Of a DNA stretch of 64,000 nucleotides, positions 40,910 through 53,682 are shown piece after piece; within the stretch, counting starts at the first letter, position 1; each line of letters opens with the position of its first letter. A program made the translations under genes and the position numbers. The notes under the pieces are model-generated. The model saw nothing but the letters and a program-made list of their open reading frames with translations. It did no database searches and was not told the origin of the DNA. This stretch comes from Octopus vulgaris (Eukaryota): the NCBI GenBank assembly GCA_951406725.2, contig OX597820.1:72974001-73038000 (forward strand), written 5' to 3'.

Positions 40910-41725
40910 GGGTGGCGAGCTGGCAGAATCGTTAGCACGCCGGGCGAAATGCTTGGCGGCATTTCGTCTGCGGCTACGCTGTGAGTTCAAATTTCACCGA
41001 GGTCGACTTTGCCTTTCATCCTTTCGGGGTCGATTAAATAAGTACCAGCAACGCACTGGGGTCGATGTAATCGACTTAATCTGTTTGTCTGTCCTTGTTT
41101 GTCCTCTCTGTGTTTAGCCCCTTGTGGGTAGTAAAGAAATAGAAATAGGTATTTTGTCTGTTGCAACGTTCTGAGTTCAAATTCCGCCGAGATCGACTTT
41201 GCCTTTCATCCTTTCGGGGTCGATATAATCGACTTAATCCCTTTGTCCGTCCTTGTTTGTCCCTTCTATATTTAGCCCCCTGTGGGCAATAAAGAAATAA
41301 ATATAAGTAAGTAAGTAAGCAGGCAGAAATGTTAGTATGCCGGACGAAATGCTTAGTAAATACAGACGAAATGTCGCTGAGATTGATTATACCTTTCACC
41401 CTTTCGGGGTTGATAAATTAGGTACTTGTTGAGCACTTAGGTCAATATAATCGACTTACCCTCGCCCCAAATTACTGGCCTTGTGCTAAAATTTGAAACC
41501 AACATAATCAGAAAATAGGGCGATGAGCTGGCAGAATCATTAGTATAGCGAGCAAAATGCTTAGCCGCATTTTGTCAGTTTCCACCTGAGTGAAAATTCG
41601 GCCGAGGCCCACTTTACCTTTCGATGATCGATAAAGCAGGTACCAGCTGAGAACTGGCATTGATGTAATCGATTTACTCTATGCCATCCGAAAGTGCTGG
41701 CCTTGTACCAAAATTTGAAACCAAT
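40910..41725 (+). mobile_element. tandem cluster of SINE A copies
   Basis: Four head/central blocks; junction AGAAATA|GGTATTTTGTC at ~41141-41158. Confidence 0.9.
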
Positions 41726-41950
41726 ATAAGAAAAAAGAGTAAAATGTAGCTCCTGACTACCAACCAAATGAGTACCAATTACTTATTTTTTTAGGAGTGG
41801 CTGTGTGGTAAGTAGCTTGCTTACGAACCACATGGTTCCGGGTTCAGTCCCACTGCGTCGCACCTTCGGCAAGTGTCTTCTACTATAGCCTTGTGAGGAG
41901 ATTTGGTAGACGGAAACTGAAAGAAGCCCATCATGTATATACATATATAT

Positions 41951-42239
41951 AAGAAATTAAAAAAGGAAAATACGCACACTTACATGGTTATAATATAATT
42001 TTTAATGTATCGACCGGTTTCGCAATCGTTATTCATGATATAATGTTTAATTTATATGAATATATATTTCACTCGTGAATTTCATTACAAACAACATGGA
42101 CAAAAATTCTTCTTAAGAAAAAATATATATTCATATAAATTAAACATTATATCATGAATAGCGATTGCGAAACCGGTCGATACATTAAAAATTATATTAT
42201 AACCATGTAAGTGTGCGTATTTTCCTTTTTTAATTTCTT
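41951..42239. repeat. fold-back element, ~119-bp arms (41951-42069 / 42121-42239)
   Basis: One mismatch seen between arms; contains GAAACCGGTC (42169-42178), a hammerhead stem-III-type palindrome. Confidence 0.92.
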
Positions 42240-42302
42240 AATTTTTTAATTATAATCCACCACGTGGGGACAACCGAAATTCCTTTTTTCTGTTACTACT
42301 AC

Positions 42303-42359
<57 letters not shown>

Positions 42360-42364
<5 letters not shown>

Positions 42365-42633
42365 GAAAGAATGGAGTCGAACGAAGATGTTAACAAAATT
42401 CCTTTACTCTCGACATATGTTTCGAAGACAACATGTTTTCATTCCAAAGGAATAGGCAGTCATCGAAATTTTTGTTTGTCTTGTTGTCGAGAGAGGCTCC
42501 TTTTCTTTCCTGATGAGAAGATTGCATAATGTACCCTTTATTCCTTTGGAATGAAAACATGTTGTCTTCGAAACATATGTCGAGAGTAAAGGAATTTTGT
42601 TAACATCTTCGTTCGACTCCATTCTTTCATTTA
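42360..42633. repeat. fold-back element, ~95-bp arms (42360-42454 / 42539-42633)
   Basis: Arms appear perfectly complementary by eye. Confidence 0.93.
42498..42593 (+). ncRNA. type I hammerhead ribozyme, apparently intact
   Basis: Stem I UCCUUUUCUUUC/GAGAGUAAAGGA (11 of 12 paired), CUGAUGA 42510-16, stem II GAAGA/UCUUC, GAAAC 42570-74, palindromic ACAUAUGU, GUC cleavage after 42581. Confidence 0.85.
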
Positions 42634-42790
42634 TTCATATACAACACACAAATTTCTGCACATGAACCCGGAGTTTCTACCCTTGGACAGGTTGCTTCAA
42701 CCGTGTTTCTGACGTGAATTTGCTACCCAGGTTTCGGTTAAACGAATTTTCCATACTGACGATAAACATAGGATAATTCATTCACCTATT

Positions 42791-42925
<135 letters not shown>

Positions 42926-45526
42926 TTGTGTGTCTGTGTTTGTTCCCCTACCATCGCTTGACAACAGATACTGGTGTGTTTACGTCCCCGTAACTTAGCG
43001 GTTCGGCAAAACAGACCGATAGAATAAGTACTAGGCTTACAAAGAATAAGTCCTGGGGTCGATTTGCTCGACTGAAAGCGGTGCTCCAGCATGGCCACAA
43101 TCACATGACTGAAACAAGTAAAAAGAGAAAAGGAAAAAAACGATAGGTATAAGGCTTAAGATTTTAGGCGAGGGAAAGGGCTAGTCGATTCCATCAACTG
43201 TTACTTATTTTATTGAACCCGAAATGGTTAAAAGGCAAAGTCGATCTCGGTGGTATTTGTTACTCGGAACGTAAAGTCGGAAGAAATACCGCTACGCATT
43301 TTGTTTGGCAAGCTAACCACTCTTCTAGCTCGCCGCCTTCAAAATATTCCTTTAATGAAATCAAAATTAATAAGGAAGATTTTACGAAACCAAATCAATC
43401 ATCATCTGTCTTGTAAGAAACTTTGTTTTCGAAACTATATCGAAACTTAGTACAATATAAGAAAGTAGATGTAAGAACTAGCCACTAACTACCGCGTAGA
43501 CTTATATCGTGATTGCCAATGAGTCATAGCACTCAGTAATTGAATGCCATCTTTTTATGATTTTACCTACGAAGTAGAGTAAATCTGTAATCTTTCAGAA
43601 GTTTCGCTAAAAGTAGCAATTTTCAGTCAAGAGCTCTACTTCATTAACCTGATAATATGGCTAAGAAACAGAAGGAAATGAAGTAAGCAAAATCTCAGTT
43701 ACTAATTAATATCGAAATAACTGTCCTTACTCTAAAGTTTAATAGTTTACCGTTTCATCTACATCTGGATTATCATTGCTATTACTAAATATCGATTTAT
43801 CGATCACTTTCATGTTTTGCTTTGTTTTAGTTTTTTTTTTGTTGTTGTTATTTTTGTATTTGTTTTGTTATTTTCATAGCAGTTTTGTGTTCGTTGAAGG
43901 CCCTTGAAGTTTTGGGGAAAATAGACGGGGAAATTGTTGAGTATGATGATAAACGAGATAATTATAAATTCTTTCTTTTTAAATGTCGGAAAGCAAAAGA
44001 AATCAAACAAATGCTATTTATGTCTGTTCATCGTTTGATTCCTGAACAGAAGTTTAGTAGAACATTTCTCCATTATATCTAAAGTCCACTATTGTAGCAT
44101 TGTACCACAATTTGTGATGTTACTTCTAGTTTTTCTTTTTTCTCTCTCCCTCTCTTTTTTTTTTAATATTTTGATAGCTTTGGTAATATCTCCTTGTCTG
44201 TGCGTATCACACAACCATAACTAGAGAAAATTTCTAACAAAGAAAATACTGCAGTTGATGTAGCGATCGTTTTATCGACATCATTAATGTTATCGACTAC
44301 TGAATTTTACTACACTTCGTCGTTACTGAAGCATATTTTATTACTTCTTTTAGTTCTTTATTGATATGTTTGTTGCAGTTTTACTAATCCAAAGTTTTCT
44401 TTTTCTTCTTTTTAAATGAATAAAACTGACACAATTGGAACAATTTCAGAAAAAGGAAAAAGAAACAAAAAAACCTATATTATGTTCACCAGCCATTACG
44501 ACTTTGCGGGCGAGAAACCATCCTCCTTCTACACTGTATTTAATACAAACTTAACAAAGAGAGATTAATGTTCACATGTGTTAGTGAAGAAGATTGCAAC
44601 TTGTTAAATACCATCCAATGTTGCTATTAGGCGAAGTAACTACACTGAATCGACTGATGTAAATCTAAGATAATGAGAATTCGGTGTTTCCTAGCAAATT
44701 TTCCATGCAGAGCCACCAAAAAAGTATGTCTGAATGTTATAAATTATAACCTGAGTTGCTGGAGATATTTTTTGATCTATTTATTTATATAATTTATTCA
44801 TGTTTTCATATGATGTTGCAAAAGAAATAATATGTTATTTCAGGAGGACCAGCCTTCAAACTTGTGGAAAATATATAATTTTCTGTTATGATTTTGGGAA
44901 TAATTATTTGTTAGGGAATAATTATTTGTGTCTATTAAGGTCTAATAAGCTACGTTTAAGATTTAAGTGGTAAATATACGATACTGCAGTGTGTAAATAA
45001 CTCAACGCTTTCAAACACTATATTTTGTGACTTGTGGGAATCCGCCAGAGGGAAGATATAACGCTTTTACACATTTTGCCATCAGCGAGAATTTTTTTCC
45101 CTACGGTAACTGCAGTAAATATGCCTCTAGAAGTTACAATATGTCACAAACAGATTTTAACTAACCTAAAGTCCGTTTATTCCTAATCATTCCTTGGCAC
45201 CACAGCCGTTATTACTATATTTTGGTTTCTTACTTGAGTTAACGACTAGAAATTTACAAAGAAAGGGAATGAGACTGTGTCATTCATACCTTTCTCGATG
45301 TCTTTGATCATTTAAATGAAGTGAAATGGATTCAAGCAAAATTCGAAAATGTATTGCAGTGACGGTTTTCAGAGATTCTGATCTTTGTTTTGCGTCCCCG
45401 CAAATGGATGCACGCACGACTGGTTAAACGCGCACTTCGCAATGACATGACTTCTTGTTCAAATCCATTTCGCGACATCTTGAGCAAGAATAGTCAACCG
45501 TAACCTTGGCTGTGAATGAAATTTAG

Positions 45527-45862
45527 TCAGCGGGAACTATGAAACAGTGCGTCGGAGAGACTGTACCTCTTTTGGAGCAATATATTTGATCCATTGCTTT
45601 GTTTAGTACAACCTTCTGACCCGTGAGTGCTTTTAGCACAACCATCTGGCCTATGGGAAGCTTTAGTACACTCATCTGGTCCATGGGGTTCTTTTGAGTA
45701 GTAAGGGCCTGGCCTATCAATGTTTCTAACATAGCCACCTGACTCGTGGGTACCTTTAGAACAACCCTTTGGCTCATGGATCCCTTTAGGACAACTGCCA
45801 GGCTCATGGGTCCCTTTTGGACAACTGCCAGGCTCATGCGTGCTTTTAGCACATGAGTGCTT
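45527..45862 (-). other. 30-nt tandem repeat forming an open frame of nine C-x-K-x-x-H-x-P/S-x-x decapeptides (exon or pseudo-exon)
   Basis: CAKSTHEPGS CPKGTHEPGS CPKGIHEPKG CSKGTHESGG YVRNIDRPGPY YSKEPHGPDE CTKASHRPDG CAKSTHGSEG CTKQSNGSNI; the only internal indel is one codon; no clear start or acceptor. Confidence 0.55.
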
Positions 45863-45915
45863 TTAGCGGAGACTTCTCTCTTCCAAGTATTCGGTCAGTA
45901 AGAGGATAACTTCCT

Positions 45916-45973
<58 letters not shown>

Positions 45974-47097
45974 ACTCATACACACACACTCACACACACA
46001 AGTTTTGGAGGCCCTGAACAAAGTAATGAGTGCTTCTCAGTCTTCTTGTAAGTAATAAAACATTTAAAATACGGAAACAGAAATACTATGCATTATTCAT
46101 AAATCAATTTAGATAATGTTAGGGTTCCATAACCTTTCAAAGTGGATCATATTTCCTCCAATGTTATGGGTCTTGCTAAAAAAACAAATCAAAGTAGCAA
46201 CCATAGGGAATACCCAGAGTAACTATTACTATTATTATTATTATAAGATGTAACATCAAGTTTGAGTGCTCAGTTTGTTATTTTCCTAGTGTGTTATAAG
46301 GTGATCCATAAAAAAATAAATGGATGGATATCAGTACAAAAGAACGAGTTCTTTTTCTCTTGCACCTTTGTTCAGAGATTACGTCACAAAAAAATTAATC
46401 ATTAAACTTAAATAATTAACCAAAACTTTTATCTAGTCTAATAAATACTATTTAAACCTTAAAACTTATTTTAGGTTTGGTGGGTGTTCCACATTTATAA
46501 TGTTTGAAAATGGGCCGTACATGAAAAAAATGCTGCATAGTACTAAGATCGATCTGTTTATTTATTTATTTATCGATCTATCTATTATCAATTTATTTAT
46601 CTAAGTATATATTTTATCTATCTATCTATCTATTTGTCTATCTAGCCATTAATCTATAATTATTTATTTATCTATGTATCTGCTATCAATCTATTTATTT
46701 ATTTATGTATCTATATATTTATCTATTTGTCTGTCTATCTTTCTACATATCAATCTATTAATATGTCTCTCTATGGGTCGATGAAACTAAACTTCCACTG
46801 GGCAATTCCACGTAGCTGTAACTAAGTATCATAGTTTACTGTTATAAGTAGCAGAGACAGTTTTTTTCATTTGTTATTGTCTCTTATGCTATTGTTATGT
46901 GCAACATTTTCTTTTAGCAATCTTAGTTTGGTTTCTGTCCTCTCAGTTATGTTATTTGTTAACTATGGTTTGTTATGAGTAGAATGACATAACATCCGGT
47001 GTGTTCTTTTGATTTATAACAATTTACTCAACTCCCAAACCAGCAAGATAGAATGCATAGCGTGCGCTTGAGAAGTTTGATGTAAAGCCAAACTTAC

Positions 47098-47173
47098 CTG
47101 TTGCCGAGAAGGAATTCAGCGAAGAACTTTTGAAAATTTCATTACCGAGTGTCATGAAAGAGCATCTGACAAA
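47098..47173 (-). other. candidate 76-nt exon
   Basis: Minus strand long polypyrimidine tract, ACAG acceptor and CAG|GTAAGT donor; open frame FVRCSFMTLGNEIFKSSSLNSFSAT. Confidence 0.35.
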
Positions 47174-47417
47174 CTGTTATCCTCAAAAAAAAAAAAAAAA
47201 ATGAAGAAAAGAAAGAAATACATGTCGGCAATATCATACGAGTATTTTGCGGTTGTTACAGACTTTGGTGCAGCAATACAAGAACTAGGAAAAGTGTATT
47301 TAAATAAGGAAAAGTGTATTTAAATAAGGAAAGGGAGATATTCACCAAACAGCAATTTGCTACAAGGCGTCAGTTACGAGTTTCTTTGTGGTCTGCACAA
47401 TCTGAATAAAGAACTGT

Positions 47418-47792
47418 GTCGTGGCACTCCGTCGGTTACGACGACGAGGGTTCAAGTTGATCCGATCAGCGGAACAGCCTGCTCGTGAAATTAACGTGCA
47501 AGTGGCTGAGCACTCCACAGACACGTGTACCCTTAACGTAGTTCTCGGGGAGATTCAGCGTGACGCAGAGTGTGACAAGGCTGGCCCTTTGAAATACAGG
47601 TACAACAGAAACAGGAAGAAAGAGTGAGAGAAAGTTGTGGTGAAAGAGTACAGCAGGGTTCGCCTGCTGGAGCCTCGTGGAGCTTTAGGTGTTTTCGCTA
47701 AAATAAACTTACAACGTCCCGTCTGGGAATCGGAACTGTGATCCTACGACTGTGAGTCCGCTGTCCTAATCACTAGGCCATTGCACCTCCAC
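47418..47792 (-). mobile_element. SINE family D
   Basis: Reverse complement of 34090-34477. Confidence 0.92.
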
Positions 47793-48271
47793 TAAAGCAT
47801 CTTACTCCGTAAAACATAATAGTTGAACAATATCGTAATGGACTTACTATGGGTGCCTTCGTAAATGGATTGTCCTCAATTATTCTTTCTGTTATTTCAG
47901 TTTGTTTGTTGACTATGTTATAGGACTATGTTATAGGACTATGTCATAAGCCTATGGTTTATAACAAATGCAACACTTAATAATTACTTAGGAAAGTCAC
48001 AAATCTACTAGAGGATACTTAATAAAATATTTCTAACTGACTTCTATTTATCTATATATGATTTCTCAGGTGTCCAAGTCTTCTCACTGTATCTTAGCCT
48101 ATCTATAAAATCATTGTTTTTAGGGACTTTAATGTACACTAGAATTTGCTCTCCCTTCTCACTGAAACTGCTCACACTGAGGGTTAAATCGTTTGCAATT
48201 CCGAACTGTTTCCCTAAATTATATCCACTCGTATTTTCCCTCTTCCCAGAAAGACTTACTAACACAGTACC

Positions 48272-48474
48272 TATTTCTTTACTACCCACAAGGTGCTAAA
48301 CACAGAGAGGACAAACAAGGACAGACAAACGGATTAAGTCAATTACATCGATCCCAGTGCGTAACTGGTACTTATTTAATCGATCCCGAAAGGATGAAAA
48401 GCAAAGTCGACCTCGGCGGAATTTGAACTCACAGCATTCACCCGGCGTGCTAACGTTTCTGCCAGCTCGCCGCC
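48272..48474 (-). mobile_element. SINE family A solo copy with TSD
   Basis: Flanked by TTACTAAC(A/G)CAGTACC on both sides. Confidence 0.92.
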
Positions 48475-49116
48475 TTTACTAACGCAGTACCATTAATGTT
48501 TCACCCAGATATTATTGCCTCGGCAGCCATAGATCACTGAATCATTTTTTAATGAAGGAAACATAGCGTGCAATACCTCAAACACCTTTCGGTACTTCAG
48601 ATTAGATAACTGCTCAGAACTTCAGTTCTATGCCGACTACTCCAAGCACTAAATGTTTGTTTACTCTAAGCCACTCGAGACAGCTAAAGCAGATAGCTGC
48701 AACCATCTTGCTTAGTATATCCCTCTACAGTCTATAAACAACCAACGTTTATAACCTTCACATCCCGATGTACTTTACCTGCCACTGAACTGCAACAGGG
48801 TAGGCAATAACAGTGTTACTAACTGAGATCCTTTTATCCACGACTGCGGATAAGTCTACTATGAAAAATGCAAGCGGTACTGCCGTGCTTTGCGCAGTCG
48901 GGAAACTCACTCACCTAAGTATAAATCGGTACTGTGCTGAAGTAGTTACTGTTGTAAAATGTAGAATCTGAGAATTTATTTTCTGTTCACTACAATTTAT
49001 CAATGAACGATTAAATGGATTTGGCTGTACCAAAAACTGAATGGGAACTAAGAGAAATCTAAATTGTTTTCGGATTGTTAGTCCTGCTTGCTTTCCCTGG
49101 GAGTTTTACTTCTAAG

Positions 49117-49370
49117 ATCATCATCATCATCATCATCATCAATCCCCAGATATGACTGTCCATGGACCCAGGCCTCATAGGGGTGGTTATCCGTTTTCCA
49201 TGGCGTATTATGGATTGAGATTACAACACTCGCCCCTAAGCGAGACGTCGTTTTTTGGGGGGGAATTACTTTCCTAACTATTGCTGGAACTCATTTGTAG
49301 CTGAGTGGACCGGAGCAACATGAAATGGTGTGTTTTGCTCATGGAGACAATCTGAGAATCAAAACCACTT
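49117..49370 (-). mobile_element. SINE family C relative with (GAT)n tail
   Basis: Minus strand TTTCATGTTGCTCCGGTCCACTCAGCTACAAATGAG central block. Confidence 0.7.
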
Positions 49371-49399
49371 CGCTACGCACCTTTGCTTTGAGATTAATG

Positions 49400-50262
49400 C
49401 AACGTTGGTTTCAAACTTTCGCACAAGGTCAACAAGTTCAGAAGAGAGAGAGAGAGAGAGAAAGCGAAAGCGAATGTAAGCCGATTATATCGACACCAGA
49501 GTTCAACTAGTACTTATTTTATTGACCCTCAAAAAAAATGAAGAGAAAAGTCGACCTCAGCGGAATTTGAACTTAGAACGTAAAGACGGACGAAATACCT
49601 ATTTCTTTACTAACCACAAGGGGCTAAACACAGAGAGGACAAACAAGGACAGACAAACGGATTAAGTCGACTATATCGACCCCAGTGCGTAAATGGTACT
49701 TAATTTATCGACCCCGAAAAGATGAAAGGCAAAGTCGACCTCGGCGGGATTTGAACTCAGAACGTAGCGGCAGACGAAATACGGCAAAGCATTTCGCCTG
49801 GCGTGCTAGCAGTTCTACCACATTACCGCCTTAGGGGTTAATATAATATTCTTTTCTACTCTAGGCACAAGGCCCGACATTTTGCGGGGAGGGAGCCAGT
49901 CGATTAGATCGATCCTAGTACACAACTGGTACTTAATTTATCGACCTCGAAAGGATGAAAGGCAAAGTCGGCATCGGTGGAATGTGAACTCAGAACGTAA
50001 TGACAGACGAAATACTCCGAAGCATTTTGCCTGACGTGCTAACATTTCTTATTTCTTTATTGCCCACAAGGGGCTAAACCTAGAGGGGACAAACAAGGAC
50101 AGACAAAGGGATTAAGTCGATTACATCGACTCCAGTGCATAACTGGTACTTATTTAATCGACCCCGAAAGGATGAAAGGCTAAGTAGACCTCGGTGGAAT
50201 TTGAATTCAGAACGTAGCGGCATTTCGCCTGGCGTGCTAACGCTTCTGCCGGCTTGCCGTCT
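49400..50262 (-). mobile_element. tandem cluster of four SINE A units
   Basis: Junctions at ~49597 (GGTA type) and ~50045 (AGAAA type); GGGGTTAATATAATATT duplicated at ~49834 and ~50264. Confidence 0.9.
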
Positions 50263-50997
50263 TGGGGTTAATATAATATTATCATATAGAATGTTATCAG
50301 TTGCGCTGTAGTATGTTATTTTTCAAGTTTAATTTTAGCACAACCGAGTGTCAAACAGACATTTTTTTTTATATCCATAATTGTCTTCGTGTACTAATTT
50401 TTCTTTCACTATTTATGTTTTCCCCTTCGTTGCGTCTCCCTACCCCCTTGTTCATTCTATCAAACTTCCTTTCTTATGTTTCCTGTGTTTTCTTCTCTGT
50501 TTTTGTTTCATTCTACGCCAGCAGTTTATTCCAAACATTTCATTCAACTGAAAGCCTCATCAATTCTCCAGAGATCATGTGTCTACAAAACAAAGAGAAA
50601 AAAATGCAAAAAGCAACCACAAAAAAAAAACGAAAAACGAACAGATGACAGATTTATCTCAGCTGTTGTTAATGAGGTTTTATGTCTTTTAGAATATTGC
50701 CTCTGTATCAGTTTAAGCAATTATATCAACCGAAATCCATCGACATTAAGTTAATATAAGGCCAGGCTTTCCTATGTAAATAATAAAAAAAAAAACGCTT
50801 TAAAAAATTCTTGGTAATATAGAGATAATAGATGGTAGTATGATCGCTTAAATAGTATTGGCTGCAGGATATGACTAAGTTATGCTTCGTGAGACAGTTT
50901 GGGAACATTGCTTCCGGTCAGCCTTTCGCCTAGAGAGGCGCATCAGATGGAAATTGTTGTTACTTTTGCAACGCACGCTGCATTTTTAGTTTATCAG

Positions 50998-51104
50998 GTA
51001 ATCGTTACGATGAAGAGAAAGATAATGATGACGGCGGGGATCCTCAGAGACGTCACTGGTATGATTGGTGCAATGAACGTGGACAAGCAGAAATACGCGC
51101 ACGC
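50998..51104 (+). CDS. probable internal coding exon of an unidentified gene
   Basis: CATTTTTAGTTTATCAG acceptor, CGC|GTGAGT donor; GC/CpG-rich non-repetitive frame NRYDEEKDNDDGGDPQRRHWYDWCNERGQAEIRAR. Confidence 0.6.
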
Positions 51105-51344
51105 GTGAGTAGAAAAAACGCACACACACACATGCAGTCGTGTGTGTATGCATATATATATGTATGAATGTATGTGTGTGAATGTGTATATAATAATGCA
51201 TATAAACGTTTATGCATATATGTATATAGTACACGCATACATACAAACATACCTGCATATATATGTGTGTGTGTCTGTGCGCGTGTATGTAGACAAACGA
51301 AAGAAAAGGGCACTCGACCCATTTAGTAAGAGCTACATGTTTTA

Positions 51345-51387
<43 letters not shown>

Positions 51388-51388
51388 C

Positions 51389-51860
51389 AGGCGGCGAGCT
51401 GGCAGACACGTTAGCGCGCCGGGCGAAATGCTTAGCGGTATTTCGTCTGTCGCTACGTTCTGAGTTCAAATTCCGCCGAGGTCGACTTCGTGGTCGATAA
51501 ATAAAGCACCAGTTTCGCACTGGGGTCGATGTAATCGACTTAATCCCTTTGTCTGTCCTTGTTTGTCCCCTCTATGTTTAGCCCCTTGTGGGCAATAAAG
51601 AAACATATATATATATATATATACACATATACATATGAGTGGTTGTGTGGTAAGAAGCTTGCTTCTCAACCACATGGCTCTGGGCAAGTGCCTTCTACTA
51701 TAGCTGCGGGCCGACCAAAGCCTGGTTAGTGGATTTGGTAGACGGAAACTGAAAGAAGCCCGTTGTGCATATGTATGTATTTGTGTGTCTGTGTTTGTCC
51801 CCGCATCATCGCTTGACAACCGATGTTGGTATGCTTACGCCCCCGTAACTTAGCGGTTAT
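51389..51860 (+). mobile_element. SINE A (51389-51605) followed by SINE B (51636-51860)
   Basis: Family consensus blocks; the A copy sits within (TA)n. Confidence 0.88.
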
Positions 51861-52206
51861 CATAAACCCTTTCCGATCATCAGTGGCGACATACCGAACG
51901 TAAATATATGAAATATACATTATACATACCACCATAAGTGCAAAATAACGTACATTCTTTTCGCACGTATTCACGAAATAAAATCCAAGCGTCTATTTCA
52001 ACCATTTTTTTTATTTACTCAGAATAGTGCTGCAATAAATATGTTATAGGAGTGAATTAATATATATTTTTATACATAATATATATGGGGGAAAAGTACA
52101 AGGGAAATAACAGAGGAATGTAGAGAGATTAAACAAAGAGAATGCCAAGAGATGTGTGAGAGGGGGAGCGAGAAAAGGAAAATGGAAAGAAAGGGAATGC
52201 CAAGAA

Positions 52207-52245
<39 letters not shown>

Positions 52246-53068
52246 GTGCGAGAAAAAGTAAAGAGGAAAGCATGAAGTCGCACATAATTTAGATATATAC
52301 TTACTTACAAGCTGAACAAAAGGTGTATGTACGCCACTATATGTATATATGAATCCAAAAGACAGAACAAGAACGTAACGGACGACAATGAAAACATAAG
52401 GACAGATGGATGAAACAAGGACGGACAGGAGAACCAGGACGGAATGTTCGTGGCTTTCTATTCATCAGTCAAGATTCCAATTATCACTACAGTTTCGGTC
52501 TGTTACACTTGAGACTGTTCAAAATTGGTAGGCCCCAAAAATCTAGGCTAAGGACATTAAGTTTTTGGAAGAACGCGATATATATACATACGCATATATG
52601 GGTACAGGATGTCACTAACAGTAAACAACATGAAATACAAAAACAAATTAGTTCAATACGCAAACAACGAGAAAAACAGGACAAGTAACACAAAGAACGA
52701 CCCTTCATCTACTCTACATTTCGAGCATTGAACGACAATATGAGTCTTCGAAGACAGTTGCTCCCATAAATACCAACTTAAATTTGGGATTTATGGAGTG
52801 TCTAAGTTGGGCAACCAAAACAATAATTTGAACAATCATAAATTCAATTCAATTTAATTATTTTATACAAACAAATGACACATCTCATGAACAAATGACA
52901 CATCTCATAAATAAAACCAAGCTTTCTAAGAATAATAAAATCCCGTTTAAATACATAATGAGGCTTCATTAGATTGAAATATCTTCTTCAATATTTCACG
53001 AAAAATAGTAATTGATATTTAATATTCCTTAGGTAGTTTTTTAATACCAAGCTAAATTGTTTTATACA

Positions 53069-53107
<39 letters not shown>

Positions 53108-53111
<4 letters not shown>

Positions 53112-53221
53112 AGAGTTTACGAAAAAAACAAAAGACGAAGACAGGTGGTGTACAAAACAAACAGATGTATTAGTATAACGCTCAGGAATAGAAAAAGTAT
53201 TTTACGTTTCGAGCCTACGCT

Positions 53222-53261
<40 letters not shown>

Positions 53262-53445
53262 GGAAAGTTTACGAAAATAAATAAAAGACGAAGGCAGGTG
53301 GAGTACAAACAAACAAATGTATTAGTATAGCGTTCAGGAATAGAAAAAGTCTTTTACGTTTCGAGTCTACGCTCTTCGACAGAAAGATACACAGAAAAAA
53401 AACAAGGACAGAAAAAAAATGCGTGTAGGAGCTAACGATCCTGAT
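53108..53445 (-). mobile_element. two tandem copies of a short hammerhead-bearing Penelope-type unit separated by (TA)n
   Basis: 53113-53224 repeats as 53263-53376; minus strand UCUUU-CUGUCGA-A-GAGC..(G/A)CUC-GAAACGUA-AAAGA. Confidence 0.7.
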
Positions 53446-53636
53446 ATATACATACATACATACATACATACATACATACGACGGGCTTCTTTCAGTTTCT
53501 GTCAGCCAAGTCCACTCACTCGAAAAGATGAAAGGCAAAGTTGACCTCGACTGAATTTGAACTCAGAACGTAGAGACAGACGAAATACAGCTAAGCATTT
53601 CGCCCGGCATGCTAACGATTCTACCAGCTCGCTCCC

Positions 53637-53682
<46 letters not shown>

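Noticed and set aside
45250-45529. Selenoprotein reading of in-frame TGA codons downstream of the Cys/His repeat
   Set aside because: No SECIS identified and no homology; TGA can arise by CpG decay or chance.
45523-45852. Track ORF MLKARMSLAVVQK...
   Set aside because: GTG start with weaker residue conservation across repeat units; likely a shadow of the adjacent Cys/His frame.
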